NCBI GenBank assembly: GCA_965248445.1 | Contig: CBDFJG010000003.1 | Location: forward strand, 64,001 to 128,000 | From: Planctomycetota bacterium | Lineage (GTDB): Bacteria > Planctomycetota > JAJSAM01 > JAJVHW01 | DNA length: 64,000 nt | Reading direction: 5' to 3' | Shown: one piece after another, positions 35,231 through 45,707 of the stretch | Position numbering within the stretch: position 1 is the first letter of the stretch | Layout of the letters: every line of letters starts with the position of its first letter | Translations under genes and position numbers: made by a program | Notes under the pieces: model-generated | The model's database searches: none | Told to the model about the DNA's origin: nothing | Seen by the model: only the letters and a program-made list of their open reading frames with translations

Positions 35231-35335
35231 TAAGTCCGCATGTCAGCGGACGAGCGCAGCGTCCCCGACGAGGTTGCGGGCGGGGCACCGGCCCCGCCCT
35301 CCAGCGGGACCAACTCGCGAGGTGCCGCGACGCAG

Positions 35336-36472
35336 CTAGTTCGACTCGTGCCCCGTAGCGTTCGTGATGCGCGAGAGCTTGCGGCGGATCCAGTTCTCGT
35401 CGATCTCGCGGCGCATGTCGAGCAGCTCGGTGTCGACGGCGTCGATGCGCATCGCGCGGTCCACCACGGCGTTGGCACGCTTCCAGGCCTTGTTGTCGAC
35501 CTCCAGACGTGCCCAGCGCTTGAGCAGATCGAGTACGCGGCGGTCGCAGTCGCGCGCCTCGTTCTTGCAGTACTCGAACGTCTCGCCGGGTCCCGCCAGC
35601 TTCGCCGACTTGGCGAAGCCCTTGCGGGCGTCGGTGAAGCCCTTCTCGGCGGCGTTCAGCGAGCGGCGTGAACGGGTCTGGTTCCCCTTGGCGAGCCAGT
35701 TGTACGCCGCCGCCTGCTTCTCGGACGCGGTCGTCTTCTGCGTTACCGCGCGCTTCAGGTACTGATCGACCTTCTTCTGCTTCGCGATCTGCCGACGTTC
35801 TGCGGCCTTGTCCTTTGCGGACTCCTTCTCGAACTCCTCTTTCTGCTCGATTCGAACGAGCAGGTCGGGCACGCGGGCGCGCACGCGGTCGGCGTGGTCC
35901 CCGGGAGGTGCGACACGCAGGTAGCGGCGGGCGCGAACGAGAGCGTTCTCGGGCTTGCCGCCCGCGAGCGCCTCGTCGATCTCAGAGAGCGCGCGGTCCG
36001 CCTCGGAGGTGGCGACGTCGTCGAGCAGCGCGTCGATCCGCTTTGCTTCGTCCCGCTGAGCTTCGTCCCGCTGAGCGGGGGCGCCCGCTTGTCCGCCCTC
36101 TGTCCCGCCCTCTGCAACAACGGCGGGCAGGAGCCCCTTCGCCTCGAGCAGCGAGCGGCGTGACTGAACGAACAGCCCAGCCCCGACGCCCCACTCGGCG
36201 AGCGCCACCCGCCCGGCGCGGTCGCTCGGCTCGAGCGTCGCCGCGACGAGTTCGTAGCGCGACACGGGCAGCACGGCGGTCCAGGGGATACGGACCTCAC
36301 CGCCGCTTTCGCGCGCGAGGAGGACCGACTTGTCGTTCACGGAGACGACGTCACCCGGCAGCAGCCCGCCGTCCTTCAGGCGGACGACTTCGGCGGAGAA
36401 CGCCGGCGTTGCCAGTGCGAGCAGCACGGCCACTGCGGCCACACGGAAGAGGAGACGGGACCCGACCATCAC
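35336..36472 (-). CDS. Hypothetical secreted helical protein
   Basis: Signal peptide (AFS-A); N-terminal VRLKDG..L.G.V motif; coiled-coil C-terminal half. Confidence 0.75.
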   Translation of the reverse strand: MMVGSRLLFRVAAVAVLLALATPAFSAEVVRLKDGGLLPGDVVSVNDKSVLLARESGGEVRIPWTAVLPVSRYELVAATLEPSDRAGRVALAEWGVGAGLFVQSRRSLLEAKGLLPAVVAEGGTEGGQAGAPAQRDEAQRDEAKRIDALLDDVATSEADRALSEIDEALAGGKPENALVRARRYLRVAPPGDHADRVRARVPDLLVRIEQKEEFEKESAKDKAAERRQIAKQKKVDQYLKRAVTQKTTASEKQAAAYNWLAKGNQTRSRRSLNAAEKGFTDARKGFAKSAKLAGPGETFEYCKNEARDCDRRVLDLLKRWARLEVDNKAWKRANAVVDRAMRIDAVDTELLDMRREIDENWIRRKLSRITNATGHESN

Positions 36473-36545
36473 GACAGTTTAGTCGGCGCGCGCGGGCTTG
36501 GGGTTCCGCAGACCGGATTTCCGGTCCAAACGTAGAGGACCGCGG

Positions 36546-37646
36546 TCAGCGCGGCCTGGCGAGGGCTCGATCCTCGAGGTCGAGCTCGACCTTGACGGCC
36601 TCGAGGTGCTCGGTGGCCTTCATGACCACGGGGTCGTCGGGGCCGAACTGCGTCATGGCCAGGAACGTACGGAAGTCCTGGCGGGCGCGGTCCCAGTCCC
36701 GCAACTGCTGCCGGACCATGCCACGGTTCAGGTAAGCCGTGGAGCGGTCCTTGTCGAGCTCGATGACCCGATCTAGCTCGCGCAGCGCGTCCTCCATCCG
36801 GCCCAGCTTGAAAAGGACGTTCCCGAGTAGGTCGCGGAGCTGGGCCTCCTGGCGTTCGGCACCGCGCAGCTTCGATTCGTAGATCGGCGCGTCCTTCGGG
36901 AACTTCTCGGCGGCGTCGCGCCACAGGGACTTCGAACTGACGACGTGTTCCTCGTACTCACGGGCGTGTCGCAGCGTCGTATCCAGGTCGCCACGGACCA
37001 TGGCCATCTTGGCCAGACCCATGAGGCACGTCAGCTGATACTGCGCCTCCCGTTCGCCGCCGGACATGACGCGTGAGTAACTCTTCTCGGCCCGCGCGAC
37101 TCGTCGGGAGCGCTCGCGGTGCGCGGTCGCCAGTTCCTGCTCGTCGGTGGAACCGCGGCGCGCCTTCTGGTCCTCGAGCAGCAGGACCTTCCGGTCGTAG
37201 AGCTCGACCCAGCGGTCCTGTACGAGCGCGTACCCGAGTTCCGCCTTCCACGCCTGACCGTCCATGTTCTCGCGACGCATCTCCTCGAGCCGCTCTTCCG
37301 CCATGGTGAGGCGTCCCACGCCCTCGGACGACTCGGCGTGGCCCAGCTGATAGAGCGCCATGCCCTGGCCAAGGCGCGCCTTGTCGTCCATCGGCTCGAT
37401 CGCGAGCACCTTCTCCCACTGGTGGTAGGCGCGCTCGTAGTGCCCCTCGTCGTAGTACTGCGCGGCGTTCTGCAGGTACAGGTTGACGCGCGTCCTGTCC
37501 TGCGCGCCGATCGTCTCGCACGCGGGCATCGCGCACGCCAGCGCCAGCAGGCCGAGGAGAAGTCCGCGCGAACTGCGGCCCGCGATGCGGTCGGCGAGGG
37601 GGGGGGATTTGCTCATGGAGTTCCTGATGCTCTTGGGCGGGGTCAC
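36546..37646 (-). CDS. TPR-repeat putative lipoprotein
   Basis: Hydrophobic leader ending in Cys; TPR-like helices (AYLNRGMVRQQLRDWDRARQDF); start may be slightly downstream. Confidence 0.8.
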   Translation of the reverse strand: MTPPKSIRNSMSKSPPLADRIAGRSSRGLLLGLLALACAMPACETIGAQDRTRVNLYLQNAAQYYDEGHYERAYHQWEKVLAIEPMDDKARLGQGMALYQLGHAESSEGVGRLTMAEERLEEMRRENMDGQAWKAELGYALVQDRWVELYDRKVLLLEDQKARRGSTDEQELATAHRERSRRVARAEKSYSRVMSGGEREAQYQLTCLMGLAKMAMVRGDLDTTLRHAREYEEHVVSSKSLWRDAAEKFPKDAPIYESKLRGAERQEAQLRDLLGNVLFKLGRMEDALRELDRVIELDKDRSTAYLNRGMVRQQLRDWDRARQDFRTFLAMTQFGPDDPVVMKATEHLEAVKVELDLEDRALARPR

Positions 37647-37697
37647 CCTTCCGTCATGCGCGCCGGGGCACCTCGCAGCCGTCAGCGGGCGGGCAGC

Positions 37698-38159
37698 CTA
37701 TCGGGAGCCGCCCTCGTAGACCCAGGCCGTGTCCGTCATCTCGTACTTCTGGATCTCTCCGCGGCCGAAGAAGAGGCCGATCTCCTTCTTCGCGGCTCCG
37801 ACGGAGTCGCTGGCGTGGACCAGGTTGTAGCCGTCGCTGATCGCGAAGTCGCCGCGGATGGTGCCAGGCTCGGCCTGCGAGCCGAACGTAGCGCCGAGCA
37901 TCTTCCGGATCACGGCGATCGCGCTCTTGCCGCGTAGCGCCAGCACGAGCACGGGCGACGAGGTCATGTACTCGATCAGCCCGGGATAGAACGGCTTGCC
38001 CTTGTGGGGCGCGTAGTGCTGCTGCGCGGTGCGCTGCGGGATCTTCATGAGCTTGGCGCCCACGATCTGCAGGCCCTTCTCCTCGAAGCGGGCCAGGATC
38101 CGCCCGGCTAGCCGGCGCTGGATTCCATCCGGCTTGATGATGATCAACGAGGTCTGCAT
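37698..38159 (-). CDS. ndk: Nucleoside diphosphate kinase
   Basis: IIKPDG, PGTIRGDF and NLVHASDS motifs. Confidence 0.97.
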   Translation of the reverse strand: MQTSLIIIKPDGIQRRLAGRILARFEEKGLQIVGAKLMKIPQRTAQQHYAPHKGKPFYPGLIEYMTSSPVLVLALRGKSAIAVIRKMLGATFGSQAEPGTIRGDFAISDGYNLVHASDSVGAAKKEIGLFFGRGEIQKYEMTDTAWVYEGGSR

Positions 38160-38279
38160 CGACGTTTCCTCCGGTGCTGGGGATCGAGCCGGGCAGTCTC
38201 GCCCGCTCCGTTCTGCGGGTCCCGAAAAACGCCTGCCACAGCGCTGCGAGCAGTAGGAACACCGGCTAGGAGCGAGCCC

Positions 38280-40082
<1,803 letters not shown>

Positions 40083-40145
40083 GCGGCCCGGTCCTGAGGC
40101 TGGGAACCGAGCCCCGCCGGTGTGCGATTCCGCCCGCCGGGCCGC

Positions 40146-40173
40146 TTGACACCCCTCCGGTCCGGTCTATCAT
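40146..40173 (+). promoter_or_regulatory. Sigma70-like promoter
   Basis: TTGACA-16 nt-TATCAT. Confidence 0.65.
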
Positions 40174-40404
40174 CGAGCCTGGCTGCGGGGTTACGGGTTG
40201 CAGGCTCCCGCGTGGTATGCGCTTCGCGGGGTGACGGTGAGCGGAACTGTCGAGGACTCTCGACAGTCTCCGCTGTAGATTGGTGACGGAGGGGTCGTCC
40301 GGTCGCTTGCTAGCGGCTGGTCCGACTTGCGTGGTTCGTATGGACCGGGTTCGCGTATGGACTGGGTTCGCACGGAATGGGCGCAGAGAATGCGCGGAGG
40401 CGAC

Positions 40405-42720
40405 ATGCAGCACCTGAGAAACACACGACGCCCGAACCGATTCGGACGCGGGATGATCCGACGCTCCATGGTGTTGGGCCTCCTCGCAGGCAGCGTTGCC
40501 GCTGTCGGTGTGCTGGCAGCGCACGAGATCGCGTCCGCGCGCCAGAAGCCGGTCGTCGTGTTGCGCTTCCTCGCCGGCTACTTCGATCGCAACAGCCGCT
40601 TCGTCCCGACCGCGGGCCGCGGCGCGACGAACGTCGACCGCAACGCGGTCCTGATGTTCGTGTGCTCAGGCGGCCTCGACCTCGGTCCGAACATTCAGGC
40701 GACCCTGCCGCTGACTCTCGCGGAGCAGGCCGAACTGGATGCGCTGACCGTCGTGGTGCGCACCAACCAGCCCGCGCCCCCGACCGCCGCGCAGCTGCGC
40801 CGCTTCCGTGAACTCGGCGGCGACGTGGACGCCGCGTTCGAGCCAGGCGCTCTGGCGCGTCGCCGCTCTCTCGACTTCTCCACGCGCGTCGTCGCGACGG
40901 GCTCCGTGTCGCAGGAGAGCGTGAAGATCGCGAGTCTCTCGTCGGGCGGAGCGAGCCAGGCCGAGGGTGCGTTCTTCAAGGTGCGCAAGCGCAAACGCCG
41001 TCGCTATGCGCGCGGCCGCTTCACGTTCAACCCGCGCTTCGTCGTCGCCACGTTCAACCGCCCCGGCGAAATCGACTACAACCCCGAGGGGTTCGACGCG
41101 AACACCGAGTACAGCGTCTCGATCGAGGGCGGCAAGGGCGTCACGAGCACGCTCCAGACCGTCACCAACCTCGACGGCCTGCCGCTCGGCGCTCCGTTCG
41201 CCACCACGTTCAGGACATCCAACCGCTACGTGCAGGACTTCTCGCGACCCGAGATCGTCTCGACGACGCCCATCGGCGGCGCACCGAACATCCCCAGCGA
41301 CGCCGACGTCGAGATCACGTTCAGCGAGCCGATGGACATCTCGACGTTCCTGCCGCCTCGCTTCCAGGACGACGACGAGGCGACGGTCCGCGTGCGCTAC
41401 TCGCTCGCCCCGGTCAACGGCGCACTCGCGGGCCGCAACGTGCTCGCGCTGGTGCGCATCAAGCCCCAGACCGCGGGCAACGTGGTCCAGTTCCGGCCGC
41501 TCCAGACGTTCGGCCGCGGCCCGTACGAGATCGAGGTGAGCATCACCGCCGGTGTCACGGACCTGTCGAACAACAACATCATCCGCCAGCAGAACTTCAC
41601 GTTCACGACCGGCTTCGATCCGTCCGCTTCGTTCATCGGCGACGCGGTCGAGACGTTCGACACGAACACTTTTGAGGACTTCACCTTCGACGTGACCCAG
41701 GTGCAGGGCGACAACCTGATCGCCGACTGGAACTCGTCCGCCCGGCCCGGCGAACTGTCGACGTCGGTTCAGACGATCGGCTTCGATGCCCTCGGTCCGG
41801 CCATCGGCAGCAATGTGAACATCTGGTTCAACTTCGCTGTGCGCTGGCAGATGCTGTTCCCGGCGAACGACATGGGCGGCCGCGCGCGCACCATCACCGA
41901 CTTCTTCTGGTACCAGGTCGGGTCGAACTTCTCGGTCCCGCCCGCGGCGCCGATCCAGACGCTGACCCAGTCGAACCTCACGTACCCCAACCTTCAGATC
42001 CGGATGGGGCACGCGACCGACCTGGTCTCCGGCGGCGGCTTCCCGGGCGGCACGGCCCCTCCGGGACCCGTCGGCACCAACTTCAAGGATGTCCCGCTGG
42101 TCGTGGTCCGTCCGGTCATCTACACGATCCCGGTCTCGCTCGGTATCACTCCGTCCGTACCGCCGGGTGGGCCGGGGACTTCGCCCTTCTTTGTGCCCGG
42201 CCCGACCTTCGAGAAGAACTTCAACTCGAACGGCCTCGACGGCGTGATCATGGAGATCGAGCACTTCGGCAACGGCACCGTCGGTGCCTCCGAGACGTGG
42301 GAGATGGACGGCGCCTACTCGATCAACGCGCTGACGTTCAACCTGTTCCAGAACACGCCGCCGGTCATCCAGTCGCAGCCGTGGTACCTGTCGGTCAACT
42401 GGGGCTTCCTCTCGCCGGCCGCCGAGGCGCAGTCGCTCTGGTACAACACGAACCAGCCGGCGGTGCGCTACGTGCCGCAGCAGATCATCCCGTTCCAGCA
42501 GCCACAGGGCGCGGTCGTGGCGATCGAGTGGCAGGGCGCCAAGGCGGACGTCAACAACTCGCTCCTCCTGGACTCGACGACCATCACGGCACCGACCACG
42601 GACATCCGCACACTCGCAGCGTTCCCCTTCGTGCGCTGGCACGTGACGCTGGTCAACAATCTGAGCACGGGCGACAGCGCGTCGATCGACACGCTGACCA
42701 TCCCGTACACGTATCGGTAG
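40405..42720 (+). CDS. Secreted Ig-like (Big_5/SbsA-type) domain protein
   Basis: GGAGG before ATG 40405; long signal-like leader; PEIVSTTP..ITFSEPMD Ig-like motif; T/N/F-rich beta C-terminus. Confidence 0.75.
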   Translation: MQHLRNTRRPNRFGRGMIRRSMVLGLLAGSVAAVGVLAAHEIASARQKPVVVLRFLAGYFDRNSRFVPTAGRGATNVDRNAVLMFVCSGGLDLGPNIQATLPLTLAEQAELDALTVVVRTNQPAPPTAAQLRRFRELGGDVDAAFEPGALARRRSLDFSTRVVATGSVSQESVKIASLSSGGASQAEGAFFKVRKRKRRRYARGRFTFNPRFVVATFNRPGEIDYNPEGFDANTEYSVSIEGGKGVTSTLQTVTNLDGLPLGAPFATTFRTSNRYVQDFSRPEIVSTTPIGGAPNIPSDADVEITFSEPMDISTFLPPRFQDDDEATVRVRYSLAPVNGALAGRNVLALVRIKPQTAGNVVQFRPLQTFGRGPYEIEVSITAGVTDLSNNNIIRQQNFTFTTGFDPSASFIGDAVETFDTNTFEDFTFDVTQVQGDNLIADWNSSARPGELSTSVQTIGFDALGPAIGSNVNIWFNFAVRWQMLFPANDMGGRARTITDFFWYQVGSNFSVPPAAPIQTLTQSNLTYPNLQIRMGHATDLVSGGGFPGGTAPPGPVGTNFKDVPLVVVRPVIYTIPVSLGITPSVPPGGPGTSPFFVPGPTFEKNFNSNGLDGVIMEIEHFGNGTVGASETWEMDGAYSINALTFNLFQNTPPVIQSQPWYLSVNWGFLSPAAEAQSLWYNTNQPAVRYVPQQIIPFQQPQGAVVAIEWQGAKADVNNSLLLDSTTITAPTTDIRTLAAFPFVRWHVTLVNNLSTGDSASIDTLTIPYTYR

Positions 42721-43024
42721 TCCTGCGCGTTTGACGATCAGCAGAGACCACCGCACGTACGACCACGGCCGCGACGCTTCCGCCGGAGGCGCCGCGGCCG
42801 TGTGCCGTTGCTCACACGAACTACACGTGCTCGCGCATTGCATCGGTTCCCGATGACTCGGCGCGCGAGCGCGGACCGGTCCGACAGGCCGGGTGGGTGG
42901 ACCGCCCGTGGCATCCTGTCCGGCCCCGCGTGTTCCCATTGCGGAGACTGCTCCCGTTGCGGAGACGCGGATTCCCCCCTTTCAAGGAGAGACTGCATGG
43001 AGAAAGACTGCATGGAGGTGTGCG

Positions 43025-43552
43025 ATCAGAGGTAGGCGAAGATTCGTCGGACCACCGCGGCGCGACGAGCCGCGCATCAACGAACGCATCCGTGTCCGCG
43101 AGGTACGCCTGATCGACGAGAACGGCGAGCAGGTGGGCGTGGTGGAGACGGACGAGGCGTTCCGCCGGGCCCAGGAGGCCGGGCTGGATCTCGTGGAGAT
43201 GGCGGCCGAAGCACGGCCCCCGGTCTGCAGGATCATGGACTTCGGCAAGTACAAGTACGAGCAGAAGAAGAAGCAGACCCACACGCACAAGAGTCGTCTG
43301 AAGGAGGTCCGGCTGCGGCCGCACACCGACGATCACGACTACAACGTGAAGCTCGAGCGGGCGAAGCGCTTCCTCGAGAAGGGCGACAAGGTCCAACTCG
43401 TCCTCATGTTCCGCGGCCGTCAGATGGCGCACAAGAACCTCGGCCGAGCGCTGCTCGAGCGGATGGTCAAGGACCTCGTGGATATCGCGAAGGTCGAGCG
43501 GATGCCGAAGCAGGAGGGCCGCCGCATGACGATGCTCCTGGCACACAAGTAG
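43025..43552 (+). CDS. infC: Translation initiation factor IF-3, probable AUC start
   Basis: INERIRVREVRLI and PPVCRIMDFGKYKYE motifs; GGAGG then in-frame ATC at 43025. Confidence 0.95.
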   Translation: MRGRRRFVGPPRRDEPRINERIRVREVRLIDENGEQVGVVETDEAFRRAQEAGLDLVEMAAEARPPVCRIMDFGKYKYEQKKKQTHTHKSRLKEVRLRPHTDDHDYNVKLERAKRFLEKGDKVQLVLMFRGRQMAHKNLGRALLERMVKDLVDIAKVERMPKQEGRRMTMLLAHK

Positions 43553-43610
43553 CGTGTCATGCGGGCTGCGAAAGCAGGCCGCATGCCCCGCTCTTGTGCC
43601 GATGGCGCCC

Positions 43611-43686
43611 TCCTACGCGGTCTCCGACCGCTACGGAGGTGGGCTCGCTGCGGGCCGTCACTCGCCTCGCTACGCGAGGCTCGCGC
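43611..43686. repeat. GTAG-type REP-like element
   Basis: 21 nt (43614-43634) identical to 35005-35025, with similar downstream sequence. Confidence 0.65.
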
Positions 43687-43845
43687 CAGTCCTCGCTCGC
43701 GGGAGCGGGGGGTCTGGAGCTGGCAAGTGGTGGCCCGGCCTGTGGCCCTGATTCCCAGCCTCCAAATGTTGACCCCTCCGAGCGGGCATCTACGATCCGG
43801 GGCTTCCGTGCGGGATTGGCCCGCCGGTGCCGACCGGAGCCCGAC

Positions 43846-44046
43846 ATGCCCAAGCTCAAGACCAACAAGGGCGCCGCCAAGCGCCTGAAGCTGACCAAGA
43901 GCGGCCGTTTGAAGCGAGGCAGCCCGGGCCGGCGGCACATGATGAAGTCCAAGGACGCCAAGCGCCGCCGCCGCCTGCGGAAGGCGAAGCTCGTCGCCAA
44001 GTGCGACGAGCGGCGTATGCGCCGGCTCCTCGGGCTTGGTGGATAA
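43846..44046 (+). CDS. rpmI: 50S ribosomal protein L35
   Basis: MPKLKTNKGAAKR motif. Confidence 0.97.
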   Translation: MPKLKTNKGAAKRLKLTKSGRLKRGSPGRRHMMKSKDAKRRRRLRKAKLVAKCDERRMRRLLGLGG

Positions 44047-44066
44047 GGAAGAGACGAGACAGAGCC

Positions 44067-44495
44067 ATGCGCGTCCGCACCAACGTCGCCCGACACCGCC
44101 GCCGTGCCCGCTTGCTGAAGCGTGCCAAGGGCTTCAACAGCGCCCGCAAGAACCTGCTGCGCGTAGCCAAAGACGGCGTCATGCGCGCCGCGAACTACGC
44201 GTACACCGGTCGCAAGCGCAAGAAGCGCGACTATCGCTCGCTCTGGATTCAGCGCATCAACGCCGCCGCTCGTGAGAACGGCGTCACCTACAGCCAGCTG
44301 ATCCACTTGCTCAACAAGAGCGAGATCGGCCTGGACCGCAAGGCACTCGCCGAACTCGCCGTCAACGATCCCGCCGCCTTTGGCAAGGTGGTCGAGACGG
44401 CACGCGCCAGCGCGCGTAGCGCACCGGCGCACCCACAGCTGCTGGGTCCGCGCGCTCGCGCGGCAACCTCGCGAGTTGAACGCCAACGGGCGTGA
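44067..44495 (+). CDS. rplT: 50S ribosomal protein L20
   Basis: KRDYRSLWIQRINAA and LDRKALAELA motifs. Confidence 0.97.
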   Translation: MRVRTNVARHRRRARLLKRAKGFNSARKNLLRVAKDGVMRAANYAYTGRKRKKRDYRSLWIQRINAAARENGVTYSQLIHLLNKSEIGLDRKALAELAVNDPAAFGKVVETARASARSAPAHPQLLGPRARAATSRVERQRA

Positions 44496-44606
44496 CGCCT
44501 GACTGTCCGCCTGGCAAATCGGTGCTATCCCCCTGCGCTGATAGCCTCGCGGACGCATCCCTCCACGGTTGGCCGCGCCGGTCGCCGTGACCCTGCGGAG
44601 GCACGG

Positions 44607-45689
44607 ATGTCCGGAGATACGATCCAGCAACTCGTCGCGCGGGCGGAGGCCCTGGCGGCCGACGCGGCTCCTCGCATCGTCGCCGCTGCGACTCTCGACG
44701 ACCTGGCGGTGGTGCGCGCATCACTCGTCGGGAAGAAGGGCGCGGTGAAGGCTCTCCAGCGCGAGATCTCCGCGTTGCAGCAGGACGACCGCAAGGCCGC
44801 CGGGCAAGCGGTCAATCGCGTGGCGCGTCAGATCCAAGGCGCGCTCGACGATCGCAAGGCAGAGCTGCTTGCCGTCGCGGACGAGGGCGTGCCGGATCCG
44901 ACCTTCGATCCGACGTGGCCCGGTGCGCCGATCACAACGGGTTCGCTGCACCCGGTCACGCTGGTGATCGACGAGATCCGCCGCATCTTCACGCGTCTCG
45001 GGTTCGACGAAGCCACCGGGCCGGAAGTCGAAGACGCGTGGCACAACTTCGACGCGTTGAACATCCCGTCCCATCACCCCGCGCGCGAGCCGACCGACAA
45101 CTTCTACGTCGAGGGAGGCCGGCTGCTGCGCAGCCAGGCGAGCACCGTGCAGATCCGGGTGATGGAGCAACGCAAGCCGCCGTTGCGCGTGTTCGCGCCG
45201 GGTCGCGTCTATCGCCCGGAGACCGTCGACGCGACGCACCTGTATGCGTTCCACCAGGTCGAGGGGCTGATGGTCGGGCCCGACGTGACGTTCGCCGATT
45301 TGAAAGCATGCCTCAACACGTTCGCGGAGAGCATGTACGGCGCGGACGTACAGACGCGCTTCCGTCCGTCGTACTTCCCGTTCACGGAGACGAGCGCCGA
45401 ACTCGATCTGCGCTGTCCCGCTTGCGCGCGCACAGCCGCCGCCGCGGCCGACGACGGCCTCCCCGGTTCGACGGCGTGCCACGTCTGTGGCGGCGAGGGC
45501 TGGCTGGAGATCCTCGGATGCGGGATGGTGCATCCGAACGTGCTCCGTACGGTCGGCATCGATCCGGAGGAACACACCGGGTTCGCCTTCGGCATGGGCG
45601 CCGAGCGCGTTGCGATGCGACGCTGGCAGCTCGACGACATTCGGCTTCTCGTCGAGAACGATGATCGCTTCCTCTCGCAGTTCGCCTGA
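44607..45689 (+). CDS. pheS: Phenylalanine--tRNA ligase alpha subunit
   Basis: NFDALNIP, RPSYFPFTE and GFAFGMG motifs. Confidence 0.98.
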   Translation: MSGDTIQQLVARAEALAADAAPRIVAAATLDDLAVVRASLVGKKGAVKALQREISALQQDDRKAAGQAVNRVARQIQGALDDRKAELLAVADEGVPDPTFDPTWPGAPITTGSLHPVTLVIDEIRRIFTRLGFDEATGPEVEDAWHNFDALNIPSHHPAREPTDNFYVEGGRLLRSQASTVQIRVMEQRKPPLRVFAPGRVYRPETVDATHLYAFHQVEGLMVGPDVTFADLKACLNTFAESMYGADVQTRFRPSYFPFTETSAELDLRCPACARTAAAAADDGLPGSTACHVCGGEGWLEILGCGMVHPNVLRTVGIDPEEHTGFAFGMGAERVAMRRWQLDDIRLLVENDDRFLSQFA

Positions 45690-45707
45690 GTCCACGGAGT
45701 TCCCAGC

